Below, one piece after another: positions 19,940 to 29,074 of a DNA stretch of 64,000 nucleotides. The position numbers and the translations under genes were made by a program. Source of the stretch: an uncultured Candidatus Berkelbacteria bacterium. Its GTDB lineage: Bacteria; Patescibacteriota; UBA1384; UBA12157. How positions within the stretch are numbered: position 1 is the first letter of the stretch; every line of letters starts with the position of its first letter. The notes under the pieces were generated by a model. The model saw only the letters and a program-made list of their open reading frames with translations. It was not told the DNA's origin and ran no database searches. The stretch is taken from positions 111 to 64,110 of the forward strand of contig CAIRFN010000007.1 of assembly GCA_903877885.1 (NCBI GenBank), in the 5' to 3' direction.

Positions 19940-20350
19940 TTATTTTTGAACTGGTTCGTCAACGGTGTAGGCGCTGACTTTGTCAGCTAAATCACGAAGA
20001 GCATCTAAAGTTGGCGCTGGAGTGTCGATTAAACTTTCGGCGTAGTCCAATGAATTTTCGGCTTTGATCACTTCTTTAGCTGGGATTGGCGCTGGCATAT
20101 TTTCTGGAGTGATAACCGGAGTTGGTTCAATTGGCGGTGGTGGCGGTAGCTCGGTCACGGTTTCTGGCGCTTTAATATTTTGAATTGGTTCAACCGCAAC
20201 TGGAATTTCTGGAGTCGGCAAATTTACTGGAGTTGGTGCAACTTCAGTTGGACTTGGAGTAACAGGTGGCGTATTTGGATTTAGTTCTGGCATTGCGCCA
20301 GGTACTGGCGGTATTACCGGTGGCGTCATTGGATTCTGATTTGGATTCAT
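19940..20350 (-). CDS. Proline-rich hypothetical protein
   Basis: 136-aa low-complexity ORF with GGGAG RBS. Confidence 0.7.
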   Translation of the reverse strand: MNPNQNPMTPPVIPPVPGAMPELNPNTPPVTPSPTEVAPTPVNLPTPEIPVAVEPIQNIKAPETVTELPPPPPIEPTPVITPENMPAPIPAKEVIKAENSLDYAESLIDTPAPTLDALRDLADKVSAYTVDEPVQK

Positions 20351-20424
20351 AAAGATTAGCTCCCTTCTAGCTAATATTATACCGCAAATAAATTAGAAGT
20401 AAAATCAAAAAGGGTAATACAACT

Positions 20425-20518
20425 TGTCATTCCAGACAGGTTGGCAACCTAGATCTGGAATCCAGGAAAATTATTCTGGATTCTTGATGTCGAGTTACCA
20501 CTCGGCTCGAGAATGACA
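20425..20518. repeat. Inverted doublet of TGTCAT repeats (A 20425-20465 +, B 20476-20518 -)
   Basis: TGTCATTCCAGACAGGTTGGCAACCTAGATCTGGAATCCAG - spacer - CTGGATTCTTGATGTCGAGTTACCACTCGGCTCGAGAATGACA. Confidence 0.95.
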
Positions 20519-20571
20519 TTTGTTATTTATTGATATATTGATTATCTCATAAATTGAGATAAAAAAATACC

Positions 20572-21693
20572 TTAGATCTCTTCTCTAACTCTACGCATGA
20601 GTTCATGAAGGAGCCACAAATTATGAAGGCTTAGCAAACGCATGCCAAGCATTTCACCAGATCGGATTAAGTGCGATAAATAGGCTTTGGTGTAGCCGGC
20701 TCGACAGCTTGGACACTGACAATTTGGCATTAATATAGAATTATCTTCGGCAAATTTTGTTTTAGCAAGATCGGTTTTGGAAAATGATTTCCAGTCTTCA
20801 GTTACCCACACAATCCCGTGACGGCCCAATCTGGTAGGTAAAACACAATCAAACATATCAATCCCCTGCTTGGTGGCAAACAAAATATCTTCGGGTTCCC
20901 CTACTCCCATCAAATAGCGTGGCTTATTTAACGGAATAAGCGGCAAAGTATAGAGCAAAGCGTCTTGTTGTTTCTTTTTGCTTTCGCCGCCGTTAGCGAC
21001 ACCGCCGATGGAAAAACCATCAACTGGAAATTGACTCAAAAAATTATAGGATTTTTCGCGTAAATCTTTGTAGAAACTACCTTGAATAATGGCAAAAATA
21101 GCCGGACGCTTTTCCATATCTTTAGTTTTTAAAGCGAAATGCTCATAGGCTTGTTTAAACCAGATATTGGTGACATCAACCGCGTGTTCAATTTCTTCTT
21201 TGGTCGCATCAGCGCTGGGGCAAAAATCAAGCGGCATGATAATGTCAGAGCCAAGTGCCAATTGAATATCAATCACCTTTTCCGGCGTAAACAAATGTTT
21301 TGAACCGTCCAAATGCGAGCGAAACCAGACACCGCGCTTGACCACTTGAGTTAAGGATTCGGTTCTTTTGCCGTAGACTGTGTATTTATCGGACAGCGAA
21401 AAAACTTGATAACCGCCGGAATCAGTTAACATCGAATGTGGCCAGTTGATGAATTTTTGTAAGCCACCTTGGTTTTGAATCAAACCTTCGCCGGGACGCA
21501 AATATAAATGATAGGTATTACCTAAAATCATTTTGTAACCAATCTCGTCGAGTTCTTCGGCCGAAATTCCTTTAACCGAACCGTTAGTCGCGCACGGCAT
21601 AAAAACCGGAGTATCAATTTTACTTCGGTGAGTTTCCAATTGGCCTAAACGAATGGCTGATTCTTTTGATTGTTTGGTGATTTTAAATTTCAT
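20572..21693 (-). CDS. tgt: tRNA-guanine transglycosylase
   Basis: TPVFMP, GNTYHL, TDSGGYQVFSL, PRYLMGVG, DMFDCVLPTR, CxCxxC zinc site. Confidence 0.96.
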   Translation of the reverse strand: MKFKITKQSKESAIRLGQLETHRSKIDTPVFMPCATNGSVKGISAEELDEIGYKMILGNTYHLYLRPGEGLIQNQGGLQKFINWPHSMLTDSGGYQVFSLSDKYTVYGKRTESLTQVVKRGVWFRSHLDGSKHLFTPEKVIDIQLALGSDIIMPLDFCPSADATKEEIEHAVDVTNIWFKQAYEHFALKTKDMEKRPAIFAIIQGSFYKDLREKSYNFLSQFPVDGFSIGGVANGGESKKKQQDALLYTLPLIPLNKPRYLMGVGEPEDILFATKQGIDMFDCVLPTRLGRHGIVWVTEDWKSFSKTDLAKTKFAEDNSILMPNCQCPSCRAGYTKAYLSHLIRSGEMLGMRLLSLHNLWLLHELMRRVREEI

Positions 21694-21790
21694 ATGATAT
21701 CATCATACCATAAAAATCAGCTTCTGTCACTTAATTTATACAAAAAAACCGCCGTTGATGTGATCGCGAGCGGTTTTTGATACATATTAT

Positions 21791-21833
21791 CTGGATTCTT
21801 GATGTCGGATTACCATCCGGCTCGAGAATGACA
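21791..21833 (-). repeat. TGTCAT-tagged palindromic repeat, subtype B
   Basis: CTGGATTCTTGATGTCGGATTACCATCCGGCTCGAGAATGACA. Confidence 0.95.
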
Positions 21834-21845
21834 AGATAAGATTAA

Positions 21846-22229
21846 CTATTTGAGCTCCACTTTTGCGCCGGCAGCTTCAAGCTTTTTCTTGGCTTCTTCT
21901 GCATCAGCTTTTGGCATGTCTTTTTTGACTTCTTTTGGAGCGGCATCAGCTAAGTCTTTGGCTTCTTTTAAGCCTAATTCTTGGTTGATTTCGCGAAGAG
22001 CTTTAATAACGGCGATTTTTTGAGCGCCGGCATCGGCTAAAACCAAAGTGTATGAAGATTTTTCTTCAGCAGCTTCGGCAGTGGCAGCAGGAGCACCAGC
22101 AGCCATCATCATTGGAGCGGCGGCTGAAACACCAAATTTTTCTTCTAAAGCTTTAACTAATTCTGAAAGTTCCAAGGTGGTTAAACCTTCGATTTCAGTA
22201 ATCAATTTTTCGAATTTTTCGTTTGCCAT
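21846..22229 (-). CDS. rplL: 50S ribosomal protein bL12 (L7/L12)
   Basis: [35 protein letters not shown]. Confidence 0.98.
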   Translation of the reverse strand: MANEKFEKLITEIEGLTTLELSELVKALEEKFGVSAAAPMMMAAGAPAATAEAAEEKSSYTLVLADAGAQKIAVIKALREINQELGLKEAKDLADAAPKEVKKDMPKADAEEAKKKLEAAGAKVELK

Positions 22230-22290
22230 TGTTTTTCCTTTCCCGCCTCATCGGCGGGTCACCGTAGAGGTGACTTTATATTATTTTAAT

Positions 22291-23073
22291 TTATTCTTTG
22301 TTTGCTTCTTCAGCTGTTTCATTGTCAGTGTTAATCGCAGCAATTTCGGCTGGGATTTCGGCATCAGCGCCAACTGCTTCTTCTTCGGCGGCCGAGACTT
22401 CGGCCACTTCATCAACAGATGAATTTTCTTCAGCTGATGGATTTAAATCAAGCTTGGCCTCAACTTCTGCTTCGGCTTCGGCTTGTTTTTCTTCTTGTTG
22501 GACTGGATTGTCATTTGCCATGGTTTCTCCTTTATCACCTCTAATTTTATTATAACCTCTGGTTTGGTTATATTGATCTAAAATAGAAACTAGACTTCGT
22601 AGGTTACCTTGCAGAACATTGACCAAGCCAACCAAAGGCGCATTCAAGGTTCCCACCAATTTGGCATATAGTTCTTCTCGACCAGGAAGAGCTGCTAATT
22701 GCTTAATGGTGTTAGCGTCTGCAAATTGATTGTTAACAATTCCACCGATAATCTGTAATTTTTCCGCTTCTTTGGTAAAGCTGACTGTTGATTTAGCTGG
22801 TGTAACTTCATCTTCTTGGCCCCAAACGACCGCAACTGGTTGGTCCAAGATTTCAGCCGGAATTTCAATCCCCTGTTTCTTTAACACGATTTTAAACAAG
22901 CTATTTTTCACGATCTGAAAATGAATGCCGACTTCGAGCAATTTCTTTTTCAAATTATGAATTTCTTTAACCTTCAAACCTTGGTAATTAACTAAAACTA
23001 CCGTTTTGGCGGTTTGAATTTTTTCGGCCATTTCGGCCACTAATTGTTCTTTTTCAGTACGATTTAATAACAT
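22291..23073 (-). CDS. rplJ: 50S ribosomal protein uL10 with long acidic C-terminal extension
   Basis: L10 core (NYQGL.V, IVKNSL, LAALPGREEL) plus ~90-aa acidic tail. Confidence 0.93.
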   Translation of the reverse strand: MLLNRTEKEQLVAEMAEKIQTAKTVVLVNYQGLKVKEIHNLKKKLLEVGIHFQIVKNSLFKIVLKKQGIEIPAEILDQPVAVVWGQEDEVTPAKSTVSFTKEAEKLQIIGGIVNNQFADANTIKQLAALPGREELYAKLVGTLNAPLVGLVNVLQGNLRSLVSILDQYNQTRGYNKIRGDKGETMANDNPVQQEEKQAEAEAEVEAKLDLNPSAEENSSVDEVAEVSAAEEEAVGADAEIPAEIAAINTDNETAEEANKE

Positions 23074-23118
23074 TATCACCTCTTTACAAATTACAAATTT
23101 ATATACAAATTTACAAAT

Positions 23119-23230
23119 AAAAAAAGACTCATGTCGCGAGTCAATAATAATATCAAAATGGATTTGATACTAATTTTGTCTCGTAAGGGAATTAATCCGC
23201 CAACTGGCGGAACCTTATTTCTACGACAGA
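23119..23230 (-). promoter_or_regulatory. L10 leader (L10/L12 autoregulatory attenuator) with terminator
   Basis: Minus strand GTCGTAGAAATAAGG...TTAATTCCCTTACGAGAC followed by GACTCGCGACATGAGTC-T7; directly upstream of rplJ. Confidence 0.75.
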
Positions 23231-23352
23231 TATATAATATCAAAATTTCTGAATTTTGTCAACAAAAAAAGTTTAACCATATACCAATCTCATACTAACC
23301 TTGGAAGTTAGTATGGGTAATAAAAAAACCGCCAGAGTTGACGGTTGGAGTT

Positions 23353-23700
23353 TTAGATAAAATCGCGGGCATAGACACCAGGCGAATTACCATGAGGTAA
23401 ATCCAGGTAAAGCATGACTCGGCCGCAGGGCCAGAGAAGAATTCGTTTGATTTTATAGGGACCACGACCAAGCCATTGAAGATTAAAAGTACGATGTTGC
23501 TTGGCGAAAAACTCTTCATCGCTTCGCTTTTGAGCTTTTTCTTTTTCTGATAAATCTTTCTTGGCCAACACTTCGTCGACCATTGCCATGTATTGATTAA
23601 CTGGCATCAGGTCCACCATATCGCCGACCACCACTTTTCGGCCGTTTAGTAGAGTAGCTTCATCAATATATTCTGAATTCTGTGATCCAAGTTGTATCAT
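23353..23700 (-). CDS. Hypothetical protein (paralog of 23715-24005)
   Basis: GGAGG RBS before ATG 23700; ATL..GR.V.VGD.V.L.P...WLG.GPY motif. Confidence 0.7.
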   Translation of the reverse strand: MIQLGSQNSEYIDEATLLNGRKVVVGDMVDLMPVNQYMAMVDEVLAKKDLSEKEKAQKRSDEEFFAKQHRTFNLQWLGRGPYKIKRILLWPCGRVMLYLDLPHGNSPGVYARDFI

Positions 23701-23714
23701 AGGTACACCTCCTT

Positions 23715-24005
23715 CTAACAAAAATCGTTCATTTTAGCTGTCGGCTCGCCGACACAGGTACCATTACCGGATGTTTCGAGCGTTAACATTGTCCAGTCAT
23801 TGGGCCAGTGTTCGGTCCGAATAATCGTATAAGGACCGGCCCCGAGCCAACTACACAAATGTTCGTAATGCAACCGCGTCAGATGGTTCTCGTGATCGGT
23901 CCTGGTCAGTCGAGGTGCCAGCGGAATTAATTCCACTTGATCGCCAACTTTAACAGCCCGACCAGAAGTTAAGGTCGCTTCAGCAATGATTTCGATCTTG
24001 TCCAT
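23715..24005 (-). CDS. Hypothetical protein
   Basis: Own TTGACT-17-TATCAT promoter; shares motif with neighbour. Confidence 0.7.
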   Translation of the reverse strand: MDKIEIIAEATLTSGRAVKVGDQVELIPLAPRLTRTDHENHLTRLHYEHLCSWLGAGPYTIIRTEHWPNDWTMLTLETSGNGTCVGEPTAKMNDFC

Positions 24006-24111
24006 AGAATCCCCCTTAGTTCCTTTTTGACTTAAAGGAACTTAAATGCATGATAGTCGCTTTATGGAAAAAAGTCAACAAAAAACCGCCGGGTTGCCCT
24101 GGCGGAAGATG

Positions 24112-25344
24112 TTATTTGTGATTTAGAATTTCGGCGTTTATGAGTCGAATTAGATTTTCAACTAATTCTTCTGATTTACTGGTTTGTCGACATCTCTGGA
24201 TTTTGCATGACAGGTCAATGCTGACTCGATAACGCGGACCATATTTATTTATCAAATGGCTCTCATTTAGTTTTTGACAGCCGGTTTTCACAAATTTAGT
24301 CATATTTTGAAGGTTAACTAAATTATCAACTCCGCCGAAATTAATCAGATTTGCCAGCAAATAAGCTGACGAGACTACTTCCAGATTCGCTATCCCGGCA
24401 AAAATCTGATATTGATCAATGTTCTTTGAAGAATGTTTAAGCAAGGCTACCAAATTCATTGTTTTGACAATCAAATCACTTTCAGTCAAAAACGTGGTGA
24501 CAATTTCATGACTTTGAGTAAAACAGCTGATAACATAGGCTTGGGCTAAAAATGCTTCGAATGTTTCCGGCTCAACCGTCTTAATTTTGATAATACAAGA
24601 ATTGAGTTTCTCGCCAAAGGCCGAATAATCGACTGGTTTAGGCATAGACTCAAGTTCTTCATTTTCTATCTCTATTCTCGATTGTTTTCTCCGATTAGCT
24701 AAAATCGACATTGCTTCAGCCACAATCGGTTTAGCTTTTTGGGCCGCTTGTTTCGGCTTTCCAGATTCAAAACATTGATCCATAACATAGGCTTGGAACA
24801 TATTTGGAAAATCAAACCGATAGCACACATATCCTTTTTCGGTGCATTCTTCTTTAGCCTCCACTAAATCCAATTCTATCCAATACTTTATTTTTCGAGC
24901 GGTAACGAGCTCGATTTCCTCAATCAGACCGGCCGTCGGCCGAAACTGTTCGATTAGCACATTAGTGAACAAAGTCTGGATAGAACTAGCACTGTGACGA
25001 CAAAAGATCGAACTGGTAATTTGCGGATCTGGGCCAGAATTAAAAAAGAATTTATGGTAGTTACAAGCTATTTGCGCTTTTCGAATTGAGAAAGTTCCTG
25101 ATCCGAGACTCATTGCCACCATATAGGCTTTAATCATCTCGGAGCCAGTGTACTCACGATTCTTGCCATCGCGGATACAATCGATCATTTCACAATCAGT
25201 CCAATAACCTAATTGCCGAGGACTAATACCGATTAATTCGGCAGCCTGACCAATTTTGTAATGGTGGTTCAAGATTAGCCCAAAATAGTCATCCAAAAGG
25301 GTTTTGGCTGAAGGGACTACTACTGGTGCAGTTGCTTTTTTCAT
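24112..25344 (-). CDS. MerR-type HTH domain protein
   Basis: YKIGQAAELIGISPRQLGYW...R.Y; GGAGG RBS before ATG 25344. Confidence 0.7.
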   Translation of the reverse strand: MKKATAPVVVPSAKTLLDDYFGLILNHHYKIGQAAELIGISPRQLGYWTDCEMIDCIRDGKNREYTGSEMIKAYMVAMSLGSGTFSIRKAQIACNYHKFFFNSGPDPQITSSIFCRHSASSIQTLFTNVLIEQFRPTAGLIEEIELVTARKIKYWIELDLVEAKEECTEKGYVCYRFDFPNMFQAYVMDQCFESGKPKQAAQKAKPIVAEAMSILANRRKQSRIEIENEELESMPKPVDYSAFGEKLNSCIIKIKTVEPETFEAFLAQAYVISCFTQSHEIVTTFLTESDLIVKTMNLVALLKHSSKNIDQYQIFAGIANLEVVSSAYLLANLINFGGVDNLVNLQNMTKFVKTGCQKLNESHLINKYGPRYRVSIDLSCKIQRCRQTSKSEELVENLIRLINAEILNHK

Positions 25345-25427
25345 GTTCGCCTCCAAAGTGCAGGATGAGCAAATGATAACACAAAAAGCGATTTTAGTCA
25401 ATCATATTTGAATCGATTTGTACCAAA

Positions 25428-25463
25428 AAGGACAGTCCTTTCGTTCATTGAAGGACTGTCCTT
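25428..25463 (-). terminator. rplA intrinsic terminator
   Basis: AAGGACAGTCCTT...AAGGACTGTCCTT hairpin with T-tract on minus strand. Confidence 0.7.
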
Positions 25464-25491
25464 GAGATGCTAATTACTAATTTCTCATCTC

Positions 25492-26382
25492 TTACTTCTG
25501 GATCTTAATACTTGGTCCCATAGTGGCGGAAATATTAATGGAAACAGCTTTTTCAATTGGAAGACTGACAACCAAAGCTTTGTAGTTAGCGGCTAGTTCT
25601 TCAGCTTTGCCGGAAACCTTACCAATGATTTGATGAACAATGCCATAGGAATCGGATTTGAATTCGGCGCGGCCACCTTCAAGTTCAGCTTTAGTTTTGG
25701 CTGGGTCCAAAGTGATAGTGCCAGATTTTGGATTTGGCATTTTACCTTTTGGTCCCAAGATGCGAGCCAATTTAGCCACTTTCGGCATATCAGCCGGAGT
25801 GGTTAGATAGACATCGGCATCGGCTTTACCAGACTTGATAATTTCTTCAATGGTCGCTTCATCCAGAATTTCGACACTGACTTTTTTGCCAGTGGTATGT
25901 GGATAACTAATCATCCCGCGAACTTGTTCTGGTTTGCCAGATTTACCAATTAAGCGGATGTGAACTTCGACATTGCCATCGAATTTGGTTAAAGAGGTTT
26001 TCTTTACCAATTCCAAGGCTTCGGCAATGGTGTATTTCTTGTTTTTATCAACTAATTCCAAAGCTTTAACGTATTTACCGGAGCGGACTTTGACTTTAGC
26101 TTTCTTGGATTTTTTTCCACCGTCGCCTTTGGCTTTGGTGGACTTCGCTTTGCTCGCTTTTTCTTCCGTTTCGATAGTTTCACCAGATTCAATTTCTACT
26201 TCTTCTTCTGCCGCTTCATTAGCTTTAATCCGAGCTTGTTTGATTTCTTCTTCAATATTTGATTTTTGGTCTTTTTCGTGAGACTTTTCTTTACCGTGAT
26301 GATCAGTTTCGATCTCACCTAAATCCCCACCTTTTCCAAGGGTTTCTTCTGCTGATTTTAATAGTTCGTCTAAATCTGCCAT
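25492..26382 (-). CDS. rplA: 50S ribosomal protein uL1 (N-terminally extended, domain II shortened)
   Basis: TKFDGNVEVH, LARILGPKGKMPNPKSGT, SATMGPSIK. Confidence 0.95.
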   Translation of the reverse strand: MADLDELLKSAEETLGKGGDLGEIETDHHGKEKSHEKDQKSNIEEEIKQARIKANEAAEEEVEIESGETIETEEKASKAKSTKAKGDGGKKSKKAKVKVRSGKYVKALELVDKNKKYTIAEALELVKKTSLTKFDGNVEVHIRLIGKSGKPEQVRGMISYPHTTGKKVSVEILDEATIEEIIKSGKADADVYLTTPADMPKVAKLARILGPKGKMPNPKSGTITLDPAKTKAELEGGRAEFKSDSYGIVHQIIGKVSGKAEELAANYKALVVSLPIEKAVSINISATMGPSIKIQK

Positions 26383-26394
26383 AGTGTTTTCCTC

Positions 26395-26424
26395 TGTGGT
26401 ATTAGCGGCTTGCGGCCTCCCACT
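26395..26424 (-). promoter_or_regulatory. L1-binding autoregulatory RNA element
   Basis: Minus strand GTGGGAGGCCGCAAGCCGCTAATACCAC just upstream of the RBS matches the GGGAG/asymmetric-loop L1 site. Confidence 0.75.
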
Positions 26425-26620
26425 GGATATTAATTTACTTTTACTAAAACATAACATACCACAAATATGATAGATCGTCAATAAGAATATAATAAATAAT
26501 CTTGACACTCATATAAGTTCCCTATATAATGATCTGTAGTGATAAATCGCTCGAACCTAATAAAATATAATTGCGTCAGACCATTTTGGCTGATGAGAAC
26601 ATACCCAAAGGAGAACGGAT

Positions 26621-26986
26621 ATGATGCCTGAAACAACGTCGACTGAAACCAAAATTTCTGTGAATACATTTAGCGTCGGTAAGCTTAGTATCGACGTCGA
26701 TAAACAAATTTCTGAAAGCAAACCAATGAAGTTCGATTGGCCAGTAATAGAAATTGATCAAGCAAATCTAAGTCAGTTAGGATCAAAAGGTAAAAAAATC
26801 GTTTTAAAAGTTTTAGCTCTGGACGGAGTGTTAAGCATTACTATTAGTCGCTATCAAATCACGGTTTGTCTTGGAAATTTATTTAATAATAATACCGTCT
26901 ATGAAAACATTCTCCAGATAATCGAAGAAATCTTTCCTGATAGTTCGGTTATCGGCGCCGGTTGGCGACCACACGGTAGTATGTAA
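26621..26986 (+). CDS. Hypothetical protein, C-terminus resembles NifU/Nfu N-terminal domain
   Basis: VLALDGVLSITISRYQITV...ILQII; TTGACA-17-TATAAT promoter at 26502-26530 and terminator 27015-27043. Confidence 0.55.
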   Translation: MMPETTSTETKISVNTFSVGKLSIDVDKQISESKPMKFDWPVIEIDQANLSQLGSKGKKIVLKVLALDGVLSITISRYQITVCLGNLFNNNTVYENILQIIEEIFPDSSVIGAGWRPHGSM

Positions 26987-27041
26987 AGTATTTAACTGTA
27001 GATATTATCGCAGCATCCCACTAGAATTATAGTGGGATTTT

Positions 27042-27593
27042 TTAATTAAGATTAATTGATTCAGTTTTAAGACCATTGTCCAAAGAGCTCATTACATAGT
27101 CAGCGGTTTTGTCAACCATATCATTGAGTTTGGCGTCGTCTTCAAAATTCATTAAAACCCATTCTTCGGTTGGGATAAGATCAGACTTACCCACTCCAAC
27201 GCGAATGCGCCAGAATTGATCGGTCCACAGTTGATCAATAATCGATTGAACGCCTTTGTGTCCAGCCGATGAACCACCGAGTGCGATACGGACTTTACCA
27301 AAATCCAAATCAATATCGTCATGGATAACCCAAATATCTTCAGTATCCAGTTTATAGTAACTGCGAAGTTTGCTTACCGATTGGCCGGATTCATTCATGA
27401 AAGTCTGTGGTTTAGCCAGCATGGTTCGGTCATTGATATCGCCAAAATCCCCTTTTTCCGCTTTGAAATCGTTTTCCAAACGCATCACAATTGATTTTTT
27501 TGCGGCGATATCATCCACCACCAAAAAACCCATATTATGACGAGTCTTTTTATACTTCTCACCAGGATTTCCTAACCCAACTATTAGTTTCAT
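27042..27593 (-). CDS. pth: Peptidyl-tRNA hydrolase
   Basis: LIVGLGNPG..Y..TRHN.GF, KPQTFMNESG, HDDIDL, GHKG. Confidence 0.97.
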   Translation of the reverse strand: MKLIVGLGNPGEKYKKTRHNMGFLVVDDIAAKKSIVMRLENDFKAEKGDFGDINDRTMLAKPQTFMNESGQSVSKLRSYYKLDTEDIWVIHDDIDLDFGKVRIALGGSSAGHKGVQSIIDQLWTDQFWRIRVGVGKSDLIPTEEWVLMNFEDDAKLNDMVDKTADYVMSSLDNGLKTESINLN

Positions 27594-27601
27594 AATGTTA
27601 A

Positions 27602-27686
27602 TGTCATTCCGGACAGGTTGGTAACCTAGATCCGGAATCTAGTCTGGATCCCCGATGTTGAAATACCATTCAACTCGAGGATGACA
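27602..27686. repeat. Inverted doublet of TGTCAT repeats (A 27602-27642, B 27644-27686)
   Basis: A stem variant TTCCGGA/TCCGGAA; B variant GATCCCCGATGTTGAA...TTCAACTCGAGGATGACA. Confidence 0.93.
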
Positions 27687-27698
27687 GAATAAATATTT

Positions 27699-27998
27699 CT
27701 ACATTCCTGGAATATTAAGGTCGCCGGCAATGGCTTTCATTTTTTCCGCGGCAATAGCCTGAACGCGTGAAAGCGCTTCGGCAATAGCTTGTTGCAAAGC
27801 CTTTTCCAGATCCCGTTTGTTTTCCGCTTTCAAGAGACTTTCATCAATGGTAATTTCCTGAACATGCTGTTCGCCGTTAAAAACTACGGTAATTAAACCA
27901 TTGGCCGCTTTGGCTTCGACTTCAGTTTCTTTTAATTCTTTTTGAATGGCACGGGCTTTTTTTTGTAATTCCCACATTTGTTTAGCTTTGTCTAACAT
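27699..27998 (-). CDS. YbaB/EbfC nucleoid-associated protein
   Basis: Q..A..IQKEL...EVEA.A.NGLITVVFNGEQ.V..I.ID. Confidence 0.9.
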   Translation of the reverse strand: MLDKAKQMWELQKKARAIQKELKETEVEAKAANGLITVVFNGEQHVQEITIDESLLKAENKRDLEKALQQAIAEALSRVQAIAAEKMKAIAGDLNIPGM

Positions 27999-28016
27999 AG
28001 TAACTCCTAATTAATA

Positions 28017-28982
28017 TTATTTTTGATATTTCAGATAGCTTTCGATAAAACCGTCTAAGTCGCCGTTTAAGACTGCGTCGGGATCAGTCGAAGTATAATC
28101 GGTCCGATGGTCTTTGACTTGTTTGTATGGATGCAGAACATAGGAGCGGATTTGCGAGCCAAACTCGGCCGAGATATGCTCACCACGAAGTTTAACTTCT
28201 TCCTCGCGCTGTCGTTTTAATTCTAAAGCAAGCAACCGTGATTGTAAAATCTTCATGGCCATTTCTTTGTTTTGCAGTTGCGAACGTTCGTTTTGAACCG
28301 CAACAACTAGACCGGTTGGCAAGTGTGTTAACCGCACGGCCGAGTCAGTCGTATTGACTGATTGGCCGCCATGGCCGCCAGCGCGATAAACATCAACTTT
28401 CAAATCTTTATCTTCAATCGTAATATCGGTGGACTTATCAACTTCCGGCACGACTTCGACTAAAGCGAATGAGGTGTGACGAGCTTTGTCGGAATCATAG
28501 GGGCTTAGTCGGACTAAGCGGTGAACACCGGCTTCGCCTTTTAGTAACCCGAAAGCAAATGGTCCCTTAATTTCCAAAGTCGCGGACTTAATCCCCACTT
28601 CCTCGCCCGATGAAACTTCCAAAATCGTTTGAGTGAAACTTTTGCGGTCCGCATAGCGCTCATACATTCTAAGCAACATTTCCGCCCAATCTTGAGCGTC
28701 AGTGCCACCGGCTCCGGCGTGAATGGAAATAATAGCATTATTAGTATCGTATTTACCAGACAGCGTCGCTTTAATTTCCAGCGCATGAATTTGATCTTCG
28801 GTTACAGCCTCTGTCCATTCATCAACCAGTTTTTGCAAACTACTCATTTGTTGAGTCTTAAGCCCAGCTTCTTGAGGGTTAGCCCAAAAATCGGGACTAT
28901 TCATCTCTTGGTGAATGGCGGTAATTTTCTCTTCTTTAGCCGCTATATTTAATAAATTATATAATTCTTCTTTACTTGTCAT
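28017..28982 (-). CDS. prfB: Peptide chain release factor 2 (short)
   Basis: AGAGGTDAQDWA, GVHRLVRLSPYD (SPF-type), GGQ, QNERSQ, QIRSYVLHPY. Confidence 0.95.
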   Translation of the reverse strand: MTSKEELYNLLNIAAKEEKITAIHQEMNSPDFWANPQEAGLKTQQMSSLQKLVDEWTEAVTEDQIHALEIKATLSGKYDTNNAIISIHAGAGGTDAQDWAEMLLRMYERYADRKSFTQTILEVSSGEEVGIKSATLEIKGPFAFGLLKGEAGVHRLVRLSPYDSDKARHTSFALVEVVPEVDKSTDITIEDKDLKVDVYRAGGHGGQSVNTTDSAVRLTHLPTGLVVAVQNERSQLQNKEMAMKILQSRLLALELKRQREEEVKLRGEHISAEFGSQIRSYVLHPYKQVKDHRTDYTSTDPDAVLNGDLDGFIESYLKYQK

Positions 28983-29074
28983 GATTAGATTATAACAGGA
29001 AGGTCCAATAAGCTCAAGTCGGTTTAGTTAAGTACAAAAAAACCGCGAAATAAATCGCGGAATAAGTTTCGATA

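Noticed and set aside
26383-26508. Extra 42 N-terminal residues on rplA
   Set aside because: Region contains the promoter and L1 operator, and the RBS precedes ATG 26382.
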